Shown here: in pieces, positions 35,255 to 48,049 of the stretch | How positions within the stretch are numbered: the stretch's first letter is position 1 | How the letters are laid out: each line of letters begins with the position of its first letter | From: Camelus ferus | Lineage: Eukaryota | Assembly: GCF_009834535.1 (NCBI RefSeq) | Contig: NC_045703.1 | Location: 71,858,001 to 71,922,000 of the forward strand | Length of the DNA stretch: 64,000 nt | Reading direction: 5' to 3' | Program-made: the position numbers and the translations under genes | Notes under the pieces: generated by a model | The model's database searches: none | What the model was told of the DNA's origin: nothing | The model's input: only the letters and a program-made list of their open reading frames with translations

Positions 35255-37250
35255 AAGATTCTACTTAGCAACAATAAATTACCTGAATACTAAATAAATA
35301 AATTGATCCAATTTACAATAGCATCAAAAACTATAAAATACATAGGAATAAATATGTAGGAATAAATTTAAGAAGATGAGGATCTCTACTCTGAGAACAA
35401 TAAGACTTTGATGAAAGAAAACTAAGAAGACACAAATAAATGGAAAGGTATCCCATGTTCATGGATTGGAAGATTGAATATTGTTAAAATGTCAATATTA
35501 CCAAAGGTCATATAGATTCAACAAAATTCCTATCAAGATTCCAATGACATTTTTTGCACAAATAGAAAAAAATACTCCTAAAATTTATATGGAACTTCAA
35601 AAGACCCTGAATAGCCAAAGAAGTTCCGAGAAAGAATAGCAAAGCAGGAGGCATCCACTTTCTAGTTTCAAGCTACACTACAAAGCTATAGTGACAAAAA
35701 CAGTGTGGTGCTGGGATTACAAACAGAAAGACCAATGGAACAGAGCCAAGAGCCCAGAAGTGAGTCCAAGCACATCCAGTCAACTAATATTTGACAGTGG
35801 AGCCAAGAATACTCAGTGGAGAAATACAGTCTTCAATAAATGGTGTTGGGAAAATTGGATATTTACATGTAAAAGAATGAAACTTGACCCCTATTTTTCA
35901 CCACTTACAAAAATCAACTCAAAATGGATTAAAGACTTAAATGTAAGATCTGAAACCATGAAACTCCTAGGAAAAAATAGAAAAATATTGACATGGGTCT
36001 TGGCAATGGTTTTTTGGATATGACACCTCAAGCACAAGCAACAAAATGAAAAACAAGAGGAACTATGTCAAACTAAAAAGCTGTGCAGTAAAAGAAACTA
36101 TTAACAAAGTGAAAAGACAACCTACAGGGCAGGAAAAAAATACCTGCAAACAATATNNNNNNNNNNNNNNNNNNNNNNNNNNNNNNNNNNNNNNNNNNNN
36201 NNNNNNNNNNNNNNNNNNNNNNNNNNNNNNNNNNNNNNNNNNNNNNNNNNNNNNNNNNNNNNNNNNNNNNNNNNNNNNNNNNNNTGACCAACAGGTACAT
36301 GAAAGGTGTTTGACATCAATAATCATTAGGAAAATGCAAATAAAATCACACCCATTAGAATGGCCATTATCAAANNNNNNNNNNNNNNNNNNNNNNNNNN
36401 NNNNNNNNNNNNNNNNNNNNNNNNNNNNNNNNNNNNNNNNNNNNNNNNNNNNNNNNNNNNNNNNNNNNNNNNNNNNNNNNNNNNNNNNNNNNNNNNNNNN
36501 NNNNNNNNNNNNNNNNNNNNNNNNNNNNNNNNNNNNNNNNNNNNNNAATGAAAATGAAAGCACAACTCAAAAAGATGTTCACATCCTCATGTTCACAGGA
36601 GGATTATTTACAATAGCCAAGACATGAAAACAGCTTAAGTGTCCAGCGATGGATGAGTNNNNNNNNNNNNNNNNNNNNNNNNNNNNNNNNNNNNNNNNNN
36701 NNNNNNNNNNNNNNNNNNNNNNNNNNNNNNNNNNNNNNNNNNNNNNNNNNNNNNNNNNNNNNNNNNNNNNNNNNNNNNNNNNNNNNNNNNNNNNNNNNNN
36801 NNNNNNNNCCAAGGAAATCCTATCATTGTAACAACACGGATGAACCTGGAAGGCACTATGCTAAGTGAAATAAGTTAGAGAAAGGCTAATACTGTATAAT
36901 CTCACTTTTACATGGAATCAGAGGCAGGGCCTTGGGGAAGGGGGACTAGGAAGAAGGTGACCGCCAATTATAAGACAAATAAGCCCTAGGAATGTCACGC
37001 ACAGCACAATGACTACAGTAACACTGCGCTACGATACGAAGGAACGTTAAGAGAGTAGATCCTAGGAGTTCTCATAACCAGAGAATTGTTTTCTTTTCTT
37101 TTTATTGTATCTATATGAGCGAAGATGGATATTAACTAAACCTACTGTAATAATTATTTCACAGTAGATGTTAATCAAACCATCATGCTCTACACCTTAA
37201 ACTTAGACAGTGATGTATGTCAATTATTTCTCCATAAATCTGGAAAACAA
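35255..37250 (+). mobile_element. 5'-truncated L1 (ORF2 3' third and 3'UTR) with three N gaps
   Basis: ORF 35691-36023 reads KTVWCW...DQWNR...QLIFD...FNKWCWENWI..CKRMKLDPYFSPLTKINSKWIKDLNVR, clear L1 ORF2; disrupted by stops and frameshifts. Confidence 0.95.
36157..36808. other. Assembly gaps (N): 36157-36284, 36375-36546, 36659-36808; also 831-964 and 50965-51114
   Basis: All five N runs (128, 172, 150, 134 and 150 bp) lie in high-copy L1 3' segments, typical of a short-read assembly. Confidence 0.97.
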
Positions 37251-37944
37251 ATTGTATTTAAATCTATTTTCTATACATTAACTCTTAAAATGGTGTTAAT
37301 ACCAATATTAACATTGGTTAATATACCAGTGTATACTTTTTCTGCAAATGGAAGGTTTTATCCACTTCACTGAATGACTTCACTCTATGACATTAACTTT
37401 TTTGGGATCAGAGACCTCCCTAAAAACCAAATTGAAAGCACGCACACACTATGAATCTTGTCTCCAAGAAAATCATATGCACATAATCATATACAACATA
37501 TTCTAAGGCGTTTCCACCCCCACAAGCTTCTGAACCTTACATTGAACACCTCAGTCTACTGTAAGTCTGCCAGTAGATTCCCCAGTGCAGTGGCTCTTCA
37601 AAGGCTGTTTTACCCATGCGTTTCTCATTGTGTATCTATCCACCCTTCTGAATATTGATGCCTCCTTTCCTGATCATATGAATCCACAGGCTACTATGTC
37701 TCAAACTCGAAATTCTGACCACTGGGGAAATTGTGGAAACGTTCTTCAAAATTGGGGGTCAAGGGAAGCATATAAAATTTGGATTAGCTTCTCATACACA
37801 ATAATCCTGCTTTAGAGGATGTTTGAGAACCTCAGATACTGGCTAAATAAATAAAACAGCACCTGTTTCTAGCAAGACAAATCAATCAATCTTCACCAAA
37901 ATCAATATTAGAGAAGTAAAAACAAATCACTATTAACAAAGGTC

Positions 37945-37964
37945 TGTGTGTGTGTGTGTGTGTG
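37945..37964. repeat. (TG)10 microsatellite
   Basis: Counted directly. Confidence 0.95.
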
Positions 37965-38869
37965 AAAAAATAATCTCTACTGCAACTTGCATGAAAATCA
38001 AACTAATGACTGATGAATTCACAGCTGCTGTTTACCTGTTGGCTTGAAGTTAGTATCTGTAAAACACCTCTGAATTGATGGAATTTGATACCCAGGAAAC
38101 AGAGACTAGAGAACAACTAGTATCAGGTGATGCTGTCCTGTCTCATAGATGGGTCCGTGCACAGGTGCCCAATGGAACAGCATCTGCGACATCTTCGGAG
38201 GAAAGAAAGCGGGATAGGCCTGGACCAGAGAGGGACTTCCCACCCCTCGCCGGCTGCAGCCCGTCTTTCTCCAGGCGCCCCCTCGCCAGAATCCTGGCCT
38301 TCTGGACCTCTCCACCAATCACCCGCCTCTGAGCTACGCTGCACCTGTACAATTAGACAGCTTGATGGTTGCTCTTTAATTAGAATTAAAATTAATTTAA
38401 TTCATGCACAGTGCATTAATTAAAATATGAACTCTGTTCATGACAAAATCTGGTAAGGATTCCAAAAGACAAGGCAAGTAGACAAGACAGCAAAGTTGTA
38501 AGAGACTGAATCCCAGTGTCTCGTCTTGAAGGCTGACCGTTCCTGCTGCATCAAACTGGACTAATGACCAAAACAGTCTGTCTCACAGACGTAGTCGGAC
38601 ACAGTCAGCGACCAGGCTGCAACCGGGCTTCTCCCGGTGGAGACCTGCTCACCAGTGCTGCTCCAGCTGGCGGCCAGGAGCCTCCTTGCTCATTCTTTAC
38701 GAGGTTGTTGGCAACAGATGTACCCAACACGGAGGAGGGTGTCACACACTAGACATTCATCACCATGGTGACCTTAATGGATGCAACTCATCTTGTACAA
38801 AGTACTGGACGTTTAAAGAGATCGTACCACATGCCAGCCGTTAGGTAAAGCGTCTTAACTACGTTGCTG

Positions 38870-39105
38870 AGTTAGTCCTCACAACACCCCTAGAGTGGGC
38901 ACCCTTGTACCCTCTGCACAAAATGAGGACACCAAGGCCGGGCCTGACTAAGGTCACAGAGGTACAAAGGGTCAGACGGTTCCTACCCACCTGCAACGCC
39001 ATCCTTTCCACCGCGTGAGAAGGGGAGGGGTGGGCATTACCCAGATTTTATAGACGGAAAACTGAACCCAAAGGAGCACATTCATTCACGCATTTGTTGA
39101 GGAAA
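38870..39105 (-). mobile_element. MIR relics followed by L2 tail
   Basis: cctcacaacacccc...aaaatgaggacaccaagg; cagattttatagacggaaaactga; cattcattcacgcatttgttgag. Confidence 0.6.
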
Positions 39106-39129
39106 AATTGACTGCTCTCCTCGGTGTGG

Positions 39130-41600
39130 TAGTTACTCTTCCAGAAGCAGGAGACCTCGCGGTGACCGTGACAGCCCTTGCCCCGTGGCGGGGGGAGCGC
39201 AGGCGGAGGGCGGGGCGTGGAGCAGCCACATCCCTGACCCCTCCGCGGTGATGAGAGGAGGAAAACTCCAGCCCGGAAAAGATGAGCTCAGCGCAGGTCC
39301 CCCCACCCCACCCCGCCCCACGGGCTTCCCGGAAGAATTCCTGGGGAAAGTGATTTTGGGGTTGAGATCAGAAGCAGGAGCCACCCCAAATCTGAAGTGT
39401 CTCTATTCCTTTTCCCCTGCCACTGCCAACTTCTCAAAAACTGCTGGGAGTTTTTGGTTCTTTTTTTTTCCTGAATATTTCTCATTTCTGGCGTTTTTCT
39501 AGATTACTCACCTGCCGCACAGGGCCACTTGTTCTCTTGTTTTCTGATTCGAATCTTTTTTTCTACCAGCTGCGCTGTCGCACCTCAGGAAGCGGAGGGC
39601 AGGCAGAGCCTTTCGCTGCGGACCCGCTGACCGGAAGTCCTCCGTCCTCTCCCCTGGCCGCACTCCGCCCTGCCCGTGTCCACTTGGGAACACGTGATCC
39701 AGTTCTCGGAAGCAAACGTTATTTTTGTGGTTATCATTTTCCTTACCTTCAAAATGTGAGAAATATTTTTTAAAACAGAACTTGGCAAAGTTGGACTAGC
39801 AATGATCACTAAAATGTCTATTTATCTATATTTAAATTTTCATTGCACACTATTTGAAATTTTGGGAGATAGTACCTTATTGCTAAGGAATGCCGGTTGA
39901 GGCCCTGGGTTCATCTCTGTGATCGCCCACTGAGGGCCGGCTTTGCTGGGCGGAGAGTGTCCACGGAGGGAAGCCGCAGGAAACTCGACCTCGGAAAGGC
40001 AAGGGGCTGTTTTGGTTCTCCTTTTGCTGTTAAATTAGACTCAAGGTTAGATGTTTATGTGTCTAAAGCCAGAACTAACTTCCCTGTCCCCTGGTCACCA
40101 CATCAAGACCAGAATGGAAACAGTTCGGTACATATAAACGTGCCACTGCCTCCACGCAGCCCTCCTGGATGCATCAGGACTTTCAGTGCACAGCCTGCTG
40201 ACAGGCAGCAGGAAGGGTACTGTGTATTCACAAACGTTCCCCTGGGCTGGCCCCTGCCCCTGCCCACCTTCCCAGATCTGAGACAGAGCCTCACTGTGCG
40301 GCTTCCAGACCAAAACAACACTGAGCAGACCAACGGCTCTGCCCTCTAGGTCCACATCAGCAAACCGGCCGTTCCCCTCCAGCAGTCTGCTCGGGGTAGC
40401 ACCAAACAGAGAAAAGCAAACACAGAAGCAAGCTGTCAGGCTCGGCACGCCTTGAGCACACAGCGCTGCTATCCTAATGCCTCGGGACTTCTCCCTGGAA
40501 GTCTCGGGCGCGTGCTCATCTTGGAAGAAGCAGCGGTAAGCGCCGATGAAGGCAGCAGTTCCCGACCCCGTGCGCTGCGCATCCACGTGCGGATGGATTA
40601 CACGGATTTTGTGCAACGCATATTGAATCCGCCCATTACTGTAGCCCACGAAACGACGTCTTCCCTTCACTCCTCCACAGTACCTGTAATAAAGCCTGGC
40701 ATCACCTGGGCCTAAAGCCAGACGGTCCGGCGTTGAAGGAGCGCGCGCGCACGGCTGAAGGGCTGCCTCCCGCCCGGATGGGCGCGAGGACACCGGCTGC
40801 GGCCCCCGGCTGCTCGCCGCCGTGGCCCGGAGCATGCCCGCGAGCCTCGGAGCAGCTGTCTGGTCCGCACCACGGGACGGAGCACTGATGACTCAGAGGG
40901 CTGCCGGCGGGGTAAGGGACACACACGGGACACGAGCTCACGCAGACGCTTGCCCAGGGCCTGGCACACAGCTGTCTGCACTAGCCGCCACCTGTCTCCC
41001 AATGCTAATAATAGATGCAACATTTACAACCCCGCGGTGCCCTCCCTCCCTCGCCTGCATCCTGGGCTGTCTGGGAAGATGGGGACAAATGACAGGGGAC
41101 TGCGGTCTTGTGGGAAATTCCCTCCAGGAGGCCGGAACCAGAGGGTTGCCCTGGGGACCAATTATGGACCCTGCAGTGATGGTGGCAAGGCAGTGCCCCT
41201 CCGCCTCGGCAGCGGCGGGCCCCACACAAGCTCACCTGGTGCTCACACCGCTCTGTGAGAACACGGAGTAATGGCTGTCATCACCAGTTGAGTTTTGGGG
41301 ACAGACTCTAGGGCCAATGAACGAACTGCCCGGTGTCACCCGGTCCCAACGGTGGTCCTAGGCTGGCCCCTGGGACTTCATCCTCCCTTTCTGCGTTGGT
41401 TCTCCCAGTGAGGCCAGAACAGCTGCAGCAAAGTGCAGGGCGACCCCCTGCCTCGCGGTGAGCTCCCGGGGCAGGGGGCCCACAGCGAGGCCCGGGCGCC
41501 GTCGGCCCTCCCACACTGCGATGAGACAGGTGCCTCAGAGCCCCGCCTGCCGTTTGTCTCCGCACACACGATACGCAACCAGCGAGGCAGAAACAAACAC
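39130..41600. promoter_or_regulatory. Orphan CpG-rich island about 14-16 kb upstream of TBXT
   Basis: CpG-dense; ETS CCGGAAGT 39631-39638, GC box 39663-39670, E-box CACGTG 39691-39696. Confidence 0.65.
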
Positions 41601-44600
41601 AGCCTTTTATCAGCTCCTGGGGAACAGCTGTTTGACAAATTGCTTTTCTTGGAAGAGCACTCAGGCCTAGGGGAGAACACCCAATAATTAGAAGATGCGG
41701 TACCCGCCCTTGGGGCTCTTACAGGGCTCCAGCAGCTAAAGAATATAACTGGAGGAGGGGCAATTTCAGCCCCAGCTTAGGCAGGAGCTAATGAGCAAAG
41801 GAGATAAATCCTGGAGGGCTTCCTGGAAGGGGTGGTGGGTTTGTGACCCAGAATGTGAGGTAGAGGGACTGGGTCAACCAAATCTCAAAGGAGGGAATTC
41901 GCCTGTCATCCAAAGGGGAGTGGAGTGGGGAAGGAAGCTAGCAAACATTTTAGCTGGAAGAGTGGACAAAACACTGGTTTGCTGAGCGTGGATTTCCTCT
42001 GACGGCTCACTGTAATTCCGTGAGCAGTTTCTCATTGCTACTGAGCCTGGTCTTGGGCTGAGCAGGGGGAGAAGCATCTTCCTGAGGCCGTCTCTGCACA
42101 AGCAGAGCAGGGCGGCTGAGGGGCTGGTCCTCTCCCACTGGAGCCAGGGATCCCGGGCCCTTCCCATGGGCTGGGGCTGCGGGGCTCGGGCGACCTCTGT
42201 GGTTTTACAGACCCCTTTGACGGATGTTCATCAGGGATGCGGTCAAGCCTGTCACCCGCCACGCAGCCCTGCAGTGCTGCCAGGAGCTTCCCACAGGGTG
42301 ACGGCTCTGCCTCAGTGTCAGGGCACAAAAGTAAGCAATCCTGGCTCTGAGCCTGGCTGCAAACCCATCAACTTTGCAAAAGACTTTTTTTCCCCAGATG
42401 GGTTTTTCCTTGTCGTCTGCATTTCTAAGGATCCCAGATCTCCGCGTCTCCACGAACACCATACGGGAAACTGTGAGCGCATGAGAGGAACAGCAAGGCA
42501 AATGGAGGATTTTTGAAAACTTGGTCCTCCTGCATCTTTTTAACTTAAAAATTGTTCAGTTTTTATTAGCTACAGAAGCAAACAGGGTGTCTCCTAGGCA
42601 TACAAATTAAATGTTACAAAGTGCTCCTGGGAGCCTTGACTTCAGGAGAGTGCTGGTGTCACCATTGGACCCTGCAGGGACCTTTCCACCCTCCTCCCTT
42701 GTGCACTGGGAAATGGACCAGAGGACGCAAGAGGAGACCTTGACCATCCACGCATCAATCACGTCCTGCTGCATTTCCACCATTATCTGGGTTGGTTTAA
42801 TCCAAACAAAGAGAATATTTTGAAGATATTCAGCCAAATTCCAATGGACAGGACAGCTGGCCAAGGAAGCCCGCTGATCTGGAGCTGAGCTGTCACACGT
42901 GGGGCCAGGAACTGACAGGGGGCAGCTTCAGGATGGGGGCCGCGTTTGCATTTCCGAGGCCAGACCACACTTTCCCCTGTATATTGCCATTTCCCCATCT
43001 ATTTGACTTGATTAAAGGAGGGTAGAAAATTACTCACGCCCCTAAATTGCAACAACAAAGCCTGGGTTTCTCTTTTCAATCAAAACAGCAAGGCTGCCTG
43101 ATTCAAATGCTAATAGCGGGGGCTTGAATTGGCCACTAAAAGAGAGACACTTCTCCCTGCAAATGACCAGAGAGTCACTCCTTGGCCCAAGAATCTGCAG
43201 GATTCTTCCAGTTGGACATCCGTTAAATTGCTTCATGGGAAACATCCCAGAGCTGGTCTTGAGCGTGCCAGTTTCTGGAGAAGAGAAGAGAACCTTCAGT
43301 GCAGACAAAGCTCTGATCCAAGGAATTGTGGTCTCTTCGGAGATGTGCCTCCTCCCGGGTACAGACCCAGGAAGAGGGGAAAGGATCTGGTACAACTTGG
43401 GAATTCCAGTGCTGGAAAGGGCTACTGCAGCTGGAGAGCTGGCTGACATCATCTTAATTCGTCCTAACTCTGAGGTGGCCCCCTTGTTTCCATTGGCTTT
43501 AAAGAAAAGAAGTATCTCCTCAGCTCCCTACGGACACATCCCCCCGACCCCGTCCTCCCCGCATCCCTGTGCTCTGCTGGTCCTGGGGAGCCGGGACAGC
43601 CGGGCTCGGGCCGCTGCTCCAAGCTCAAGTCCTGCCGCTCAGTGCGTGACCTGTGTGCACTGTGTACCTTGGGAGTAGAGTTACAGTCTTAGGGCAGTAG
43701 GGAGACCTGATGCCCAGCTCTCCACCCAGGTGAGGGGAAGGGCCCCTGCACCCCATGGGGACCTGCAGTCAGACCGATTGAACCTCCTCACTAACCTCGC
43801 CTGACCCGGTCGGCTAACATGCCAGCTCGGGCGCCCCTCCGTGTAGCAGCCTGGCCCTGCGGCATCGGACGGAGTGGGCGCCAGCACTGTGCCCGGCGTG
43901 CGGACTCGGCATCGGCAGGCGTGGCTCCTGGGTGATGGCATGGAGGTTTGGGAACCGTCTCTCCCTGGTCTCTGCACCTCTCTCTGCCATTATTGCAGGA
44001 TGTGTCTTTTTCATACTTGCTTTTGTGTTCGCCTTACCCGCTAGTCACGCAGCCTTGCACTCTGCACCCACCCCGTGCCCAGCACGGGGCGCCCTGCTCA
44101 CTGAGTGATCCGCCCTGGCGCCCCCGCTGCGCTGGCCGACTCAGCCCTGTGCTGCTGGAGTGCACCTGCTCGGTAGGAGCGGTGCAGACTTCAGCCTGCA
44201 GGAGTGAGACGCTTTGACAATTTGCAGTCCCAGGGGAGTTGTGACAGCCTCCTGCAAGACAACCGGCCCCTCTCTCTCCTCTGTACTTTCTGCCTCCTAC
44301 AGGCCCAACGGTCTCAAAGGACGGGGTTACTTTAGTTCACCTTTTCCACGTGCACCATGCTGGTCACTTTCTTACTGATTAGACTTTTTGATGCTTCTTT
44401 TACTGGGAAACCGTATTGATGCCATATTGTGGAGTGACAGTTTATTCACTCACCTGTGAAAAGACCGTGAGTGTGATTGTGCAAAACCTATTTAAAATTG
44501 GCCTCTGTACCTGGCTGAGGGAGCACGTACCTCCTGGAGAGCTCCGTGTTAGCCAGGGACGTCGAGTACATCTGATGTGAGTGACTGAGACACGCCTCAC

Positions 44601-47600
44601 TTCTGGAATCCTTCTCAGCCGATCTGCAGATACTCTTGTTCTGAAAGAAATGGTTTGTTTTTATTCTTTACATTCATGTCTTACCTCTGCAGCTAGAACT
44701 GAAGACTGTCAAGGGTGGATATTTGTCTGCTTTGTGTTTGTAACATACACATGTGTGTATCACACACACTCAGAGTGCCCCGGCGTCGTCTCTTATGATG
44801 AGTAAACCCGGCACCTGTTCTCCCTAGCTTATATTTATAATACTCTCGTGTGTGTGTCAAAGTATTCTGGGGAAGCTGTAAACACTTAGACGCCTCTGCC
44901 CTGGCCTTCCAGTGTGAATTAGCTGACAAGATAACACTAATGCCCTTGGGCAGCAAAACCATCAGACGGAGACCTGGCTCCTCAGGCTGAGACCAGTAAC
45001 AAAGGAGATGATTTAGCACCGCGTGATTCAGGGCGGTATCAGGGGCAGTACTGGGGGTGCTACTTTAAAACCCAAAATAGTGATGCAAATCATGTTACCC
45101 TAAATGTAGAAAGTGAGGGGAAATTTTTTAGTTACAGAAATAGCTGGAAAGTTAAAGTAAAACCCAGTTGAATCCCAAGTGATAGAACATCAGGGTGGAG
45201 AGAATTCCAAGCAGAAGGAAGTAAAGCAAGAAGCAGGTCGTACAGGAAGGCAGAGCGCGGAGGCCCAGGGAGACAGCGGCACAGAGCTGAGCGCGCCACC
45301 CGCTGAGGCCTGGGTGAGGGGGCTTCGTGGAGAACTCGCAGCGCTTCTCGTTCCGCGCCCTGAGGGAGGGGCGCTGTGATCTCGAACCACCCTTCCTCAG
45401 GTCCGCCGGACCGAACCGGCACCGATGGTGACAGGCAGGTGTGCTGACTCTGGTTCCCCGCGTTTGTCCGACCATCAGACTCGCGGGAATGATCAGAGGA
45501 GCTTGACAGCAGCACAGGTTCCTGGGCCTGCGCGCAGAGCAGCTAAGTCAGAGCCTTCGGGGAAAGCTGCACGTTTACCCAGGCGCCCGGGTGACGTGAG
45601 GGAACAGGCACACTGCCGAGCGTGGCCCAGGAAGAGAAGCCGGAAATTAGGAAAGAGAGGGTCGGCCTTTGAGACAGCCCCAGAACGCACGCACACGACT
45701 TACCATCACCCTCTTTGCGCAAAGAGTCAGATTTAACGCCGGACTAGAATAGGTACAGGGCCAGATTTGTGCGTGAGAGGCCTTAGTCCACGTGGGTGTT
45801 TGCAGTTTTGCTGTCCCGTTGGGGTGGAGATTGTAATCCGGTCCCTAGATTTCTAGATGTGTATATTCATGGGGCTGTATAGTCAGAATGTGTCGCTAAG
45901 AAGGTCATCCTGCCAAACTCCCTCATTTGATAGACGAGAGCTATACCTGTGTGTCTTGTGGGTTTTCCCATCTGTGCACAGGGGAGGACGCATGCCAGGT
46001 GTGGGGCTTTGACTCTTCTCTAAGTTTGAGAGAATTCTGCAGCCTACGCCCTGAACCGATAACCTGTAAATGAATTAAACAGTCTCATTCTAGCTTCCAT
46101 AACCCATGACAGTAAGCTCTTGGAGGAATGTTTGTTCATCAAATTCCACAACTTTTAAGACCTCACATGCCCCATGAGAAGCTCAAATATGGGTCAGATT
46201 ATCCTGATGTCATGTTGACATGCTTTTAGGAAATCGAGCCAAAATATCTGGCTTCAAGGCTGGTGCCCCAGTTCGGTCAAGGTTGAGCCCTGTGGGAGCA
46301 TCTGTGGGTTAGAAACTGTCTCTGTCCTCAGCCGGCCTCTGTGGCTGTTCTGACAAAGACAAGCCTTTGTCTGTGACCTTTCATTTCTCCTCCACTATCG
46401 GTTTTGCTAAATTTTGCTCTGAACCCCCAACGCCTTGGGCCTTCTTTTAGGCTGAAACAGTTCATTCCATGAGGGGCCCAGTGGGGACAGAGGTGGAGAG
46501 GAAGGGAAAGGTGCCAAGAGGTTGAGTGAGAGCGAAGAGACACGCACGCAGCTCGCCTGCTCTCCTGCTCACCTGCTTCGCAGCTTTTCCCTCCATCCCA
46601 AAGGCTGACAGAGAAGGCCCTGAGAGGGAAATATGAGATGATTTTTACAAATACCCTTCAATGCCATGGCTTATGGTGCTTCAGCCAAGCTGTGTTCCTC
46701 CAGTTTCCACTGCTTACAAACTTACAAAGTGGGAACTCACTGCTGGTTTCACAAGCACTCTGGGCACGAGCTTTCCACGGCCATCTGCCTGGTGTCAGTG
46801 TGAAGTCACCGCTGGGCCCAGCAGGTGGCCGGGACTCTCTGGGGGTAGCCCCACTGCTGGCTGCTCACCCAACAGCTGTTACCCATCTTCTTCCTTACTA
46901 ACAGGACCCCAGTATTGCTTACTAGCAGGGTACCCAGGTGAAGGAAACTTCACGGTATATGAGATGCTCAGTGAAACTCTGGTTAGTTTGACATTCATGT
47001 GCTAGGTCACTACCCAGGACTCAGGGCCAAAGTCAGTCTGTCCAGTCCTGCTGAATCCCTTCCCTCTCAAACTAGTCCAAAGTCCTGGAGCCAAATTTAT
47101 GCTCTGTCTAATCTTGGGCTGAGTGTACTTGCCACAAAGCACCTGGTCCACCCCAGCAGGCCTGTCCTTCCAGTCCTCCAGGCAAAACAAATGGAAAGAT
47201 TTTTAATTATTTTACTTCCTTGTTTTATCCTAGAATTGTTTGCACCTAGGGTTTACAAACATTCTCAAATACTTCTAGATATTGCAGTCTAGATCTTAGA
47301 CTTGCCTGCTTTCTCCTTAGTACCTGCATTCATTTTCTCAACCCAGTTTGGAATTTTGGCTGCACCAAAGTGGTCTGTCAAACCAGTCACCTCCATTTCC
47401 AAAACCTTTTTCTTGTTTACAAGTGTTTCGTGTGGCTACCCACTTTAATCAGAGTACCCTTCAGTCTTCCATGTCTGTACCTGAGCCCAGGTGGATTTTT
47501 TAAGAAAGCTTGCTTGCCCTCAGTTTCTGTCTTGAACTATTCCTAGTTCATAACAAGTTTTTCAGTTGGCTTATGAAGAGGGTGTTTTTCCAAAGTTTCC

Positions 47601-48049
47601 GCTTATCTTAACAACAGCACTGCATCATCCGAGGGACCCAATAAAATGCTAGATTCTGTTAAACTGTTTTCTGTGCTTGGAAACACACACAGACTATTGA
47701 TTACAGCTGGAGTTGGCGCTGCAGTTTTATTTTCATTCTACCTTTCCCAGTAATGCTAATATACTGAAGAAAAAATGGAACAAATGCTATTTTTTATCCT
47801 GGAATATATGATATCCCCAGGTAAAGTTGGGCGGGAGCTGTCTTTTTAACGCTAAGATTTTTCTAACTATTTATTTTGAAAAGTTTCAAACTTAAACAAA
47901 CTGATAACAATAGTACAATGAGCTCCTTTATGTCTTTCAGTTAGATGTATCTCTTATAATCATTTTTTCATATTATGTGTCATGTAAAATGCATGTTTTA
48001 TGTCTCCCTTTCTCCCTAGGTATGTGTTTTTATATATAATCCCACTATT

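Noticed and set aside
40095-40835. 246-aa minus-strand ORF in the upstream CpG island
   Set aside because: No recognisable domain; long ORFs are expected in stop-poor GC-rich DNA. A BLASTP or PhyloCSF hit would overturn this.
43124-43678. 184-aa ORF with protein-like composition
   Set aside because: Non-ATG start, no family recognised, no retrocopy poly(A) or TSD.
44250-46330. Possible ancient LTR fragments
   Set aside because: LTR-like texture, but I could not assign termini or a family without a repeat search.
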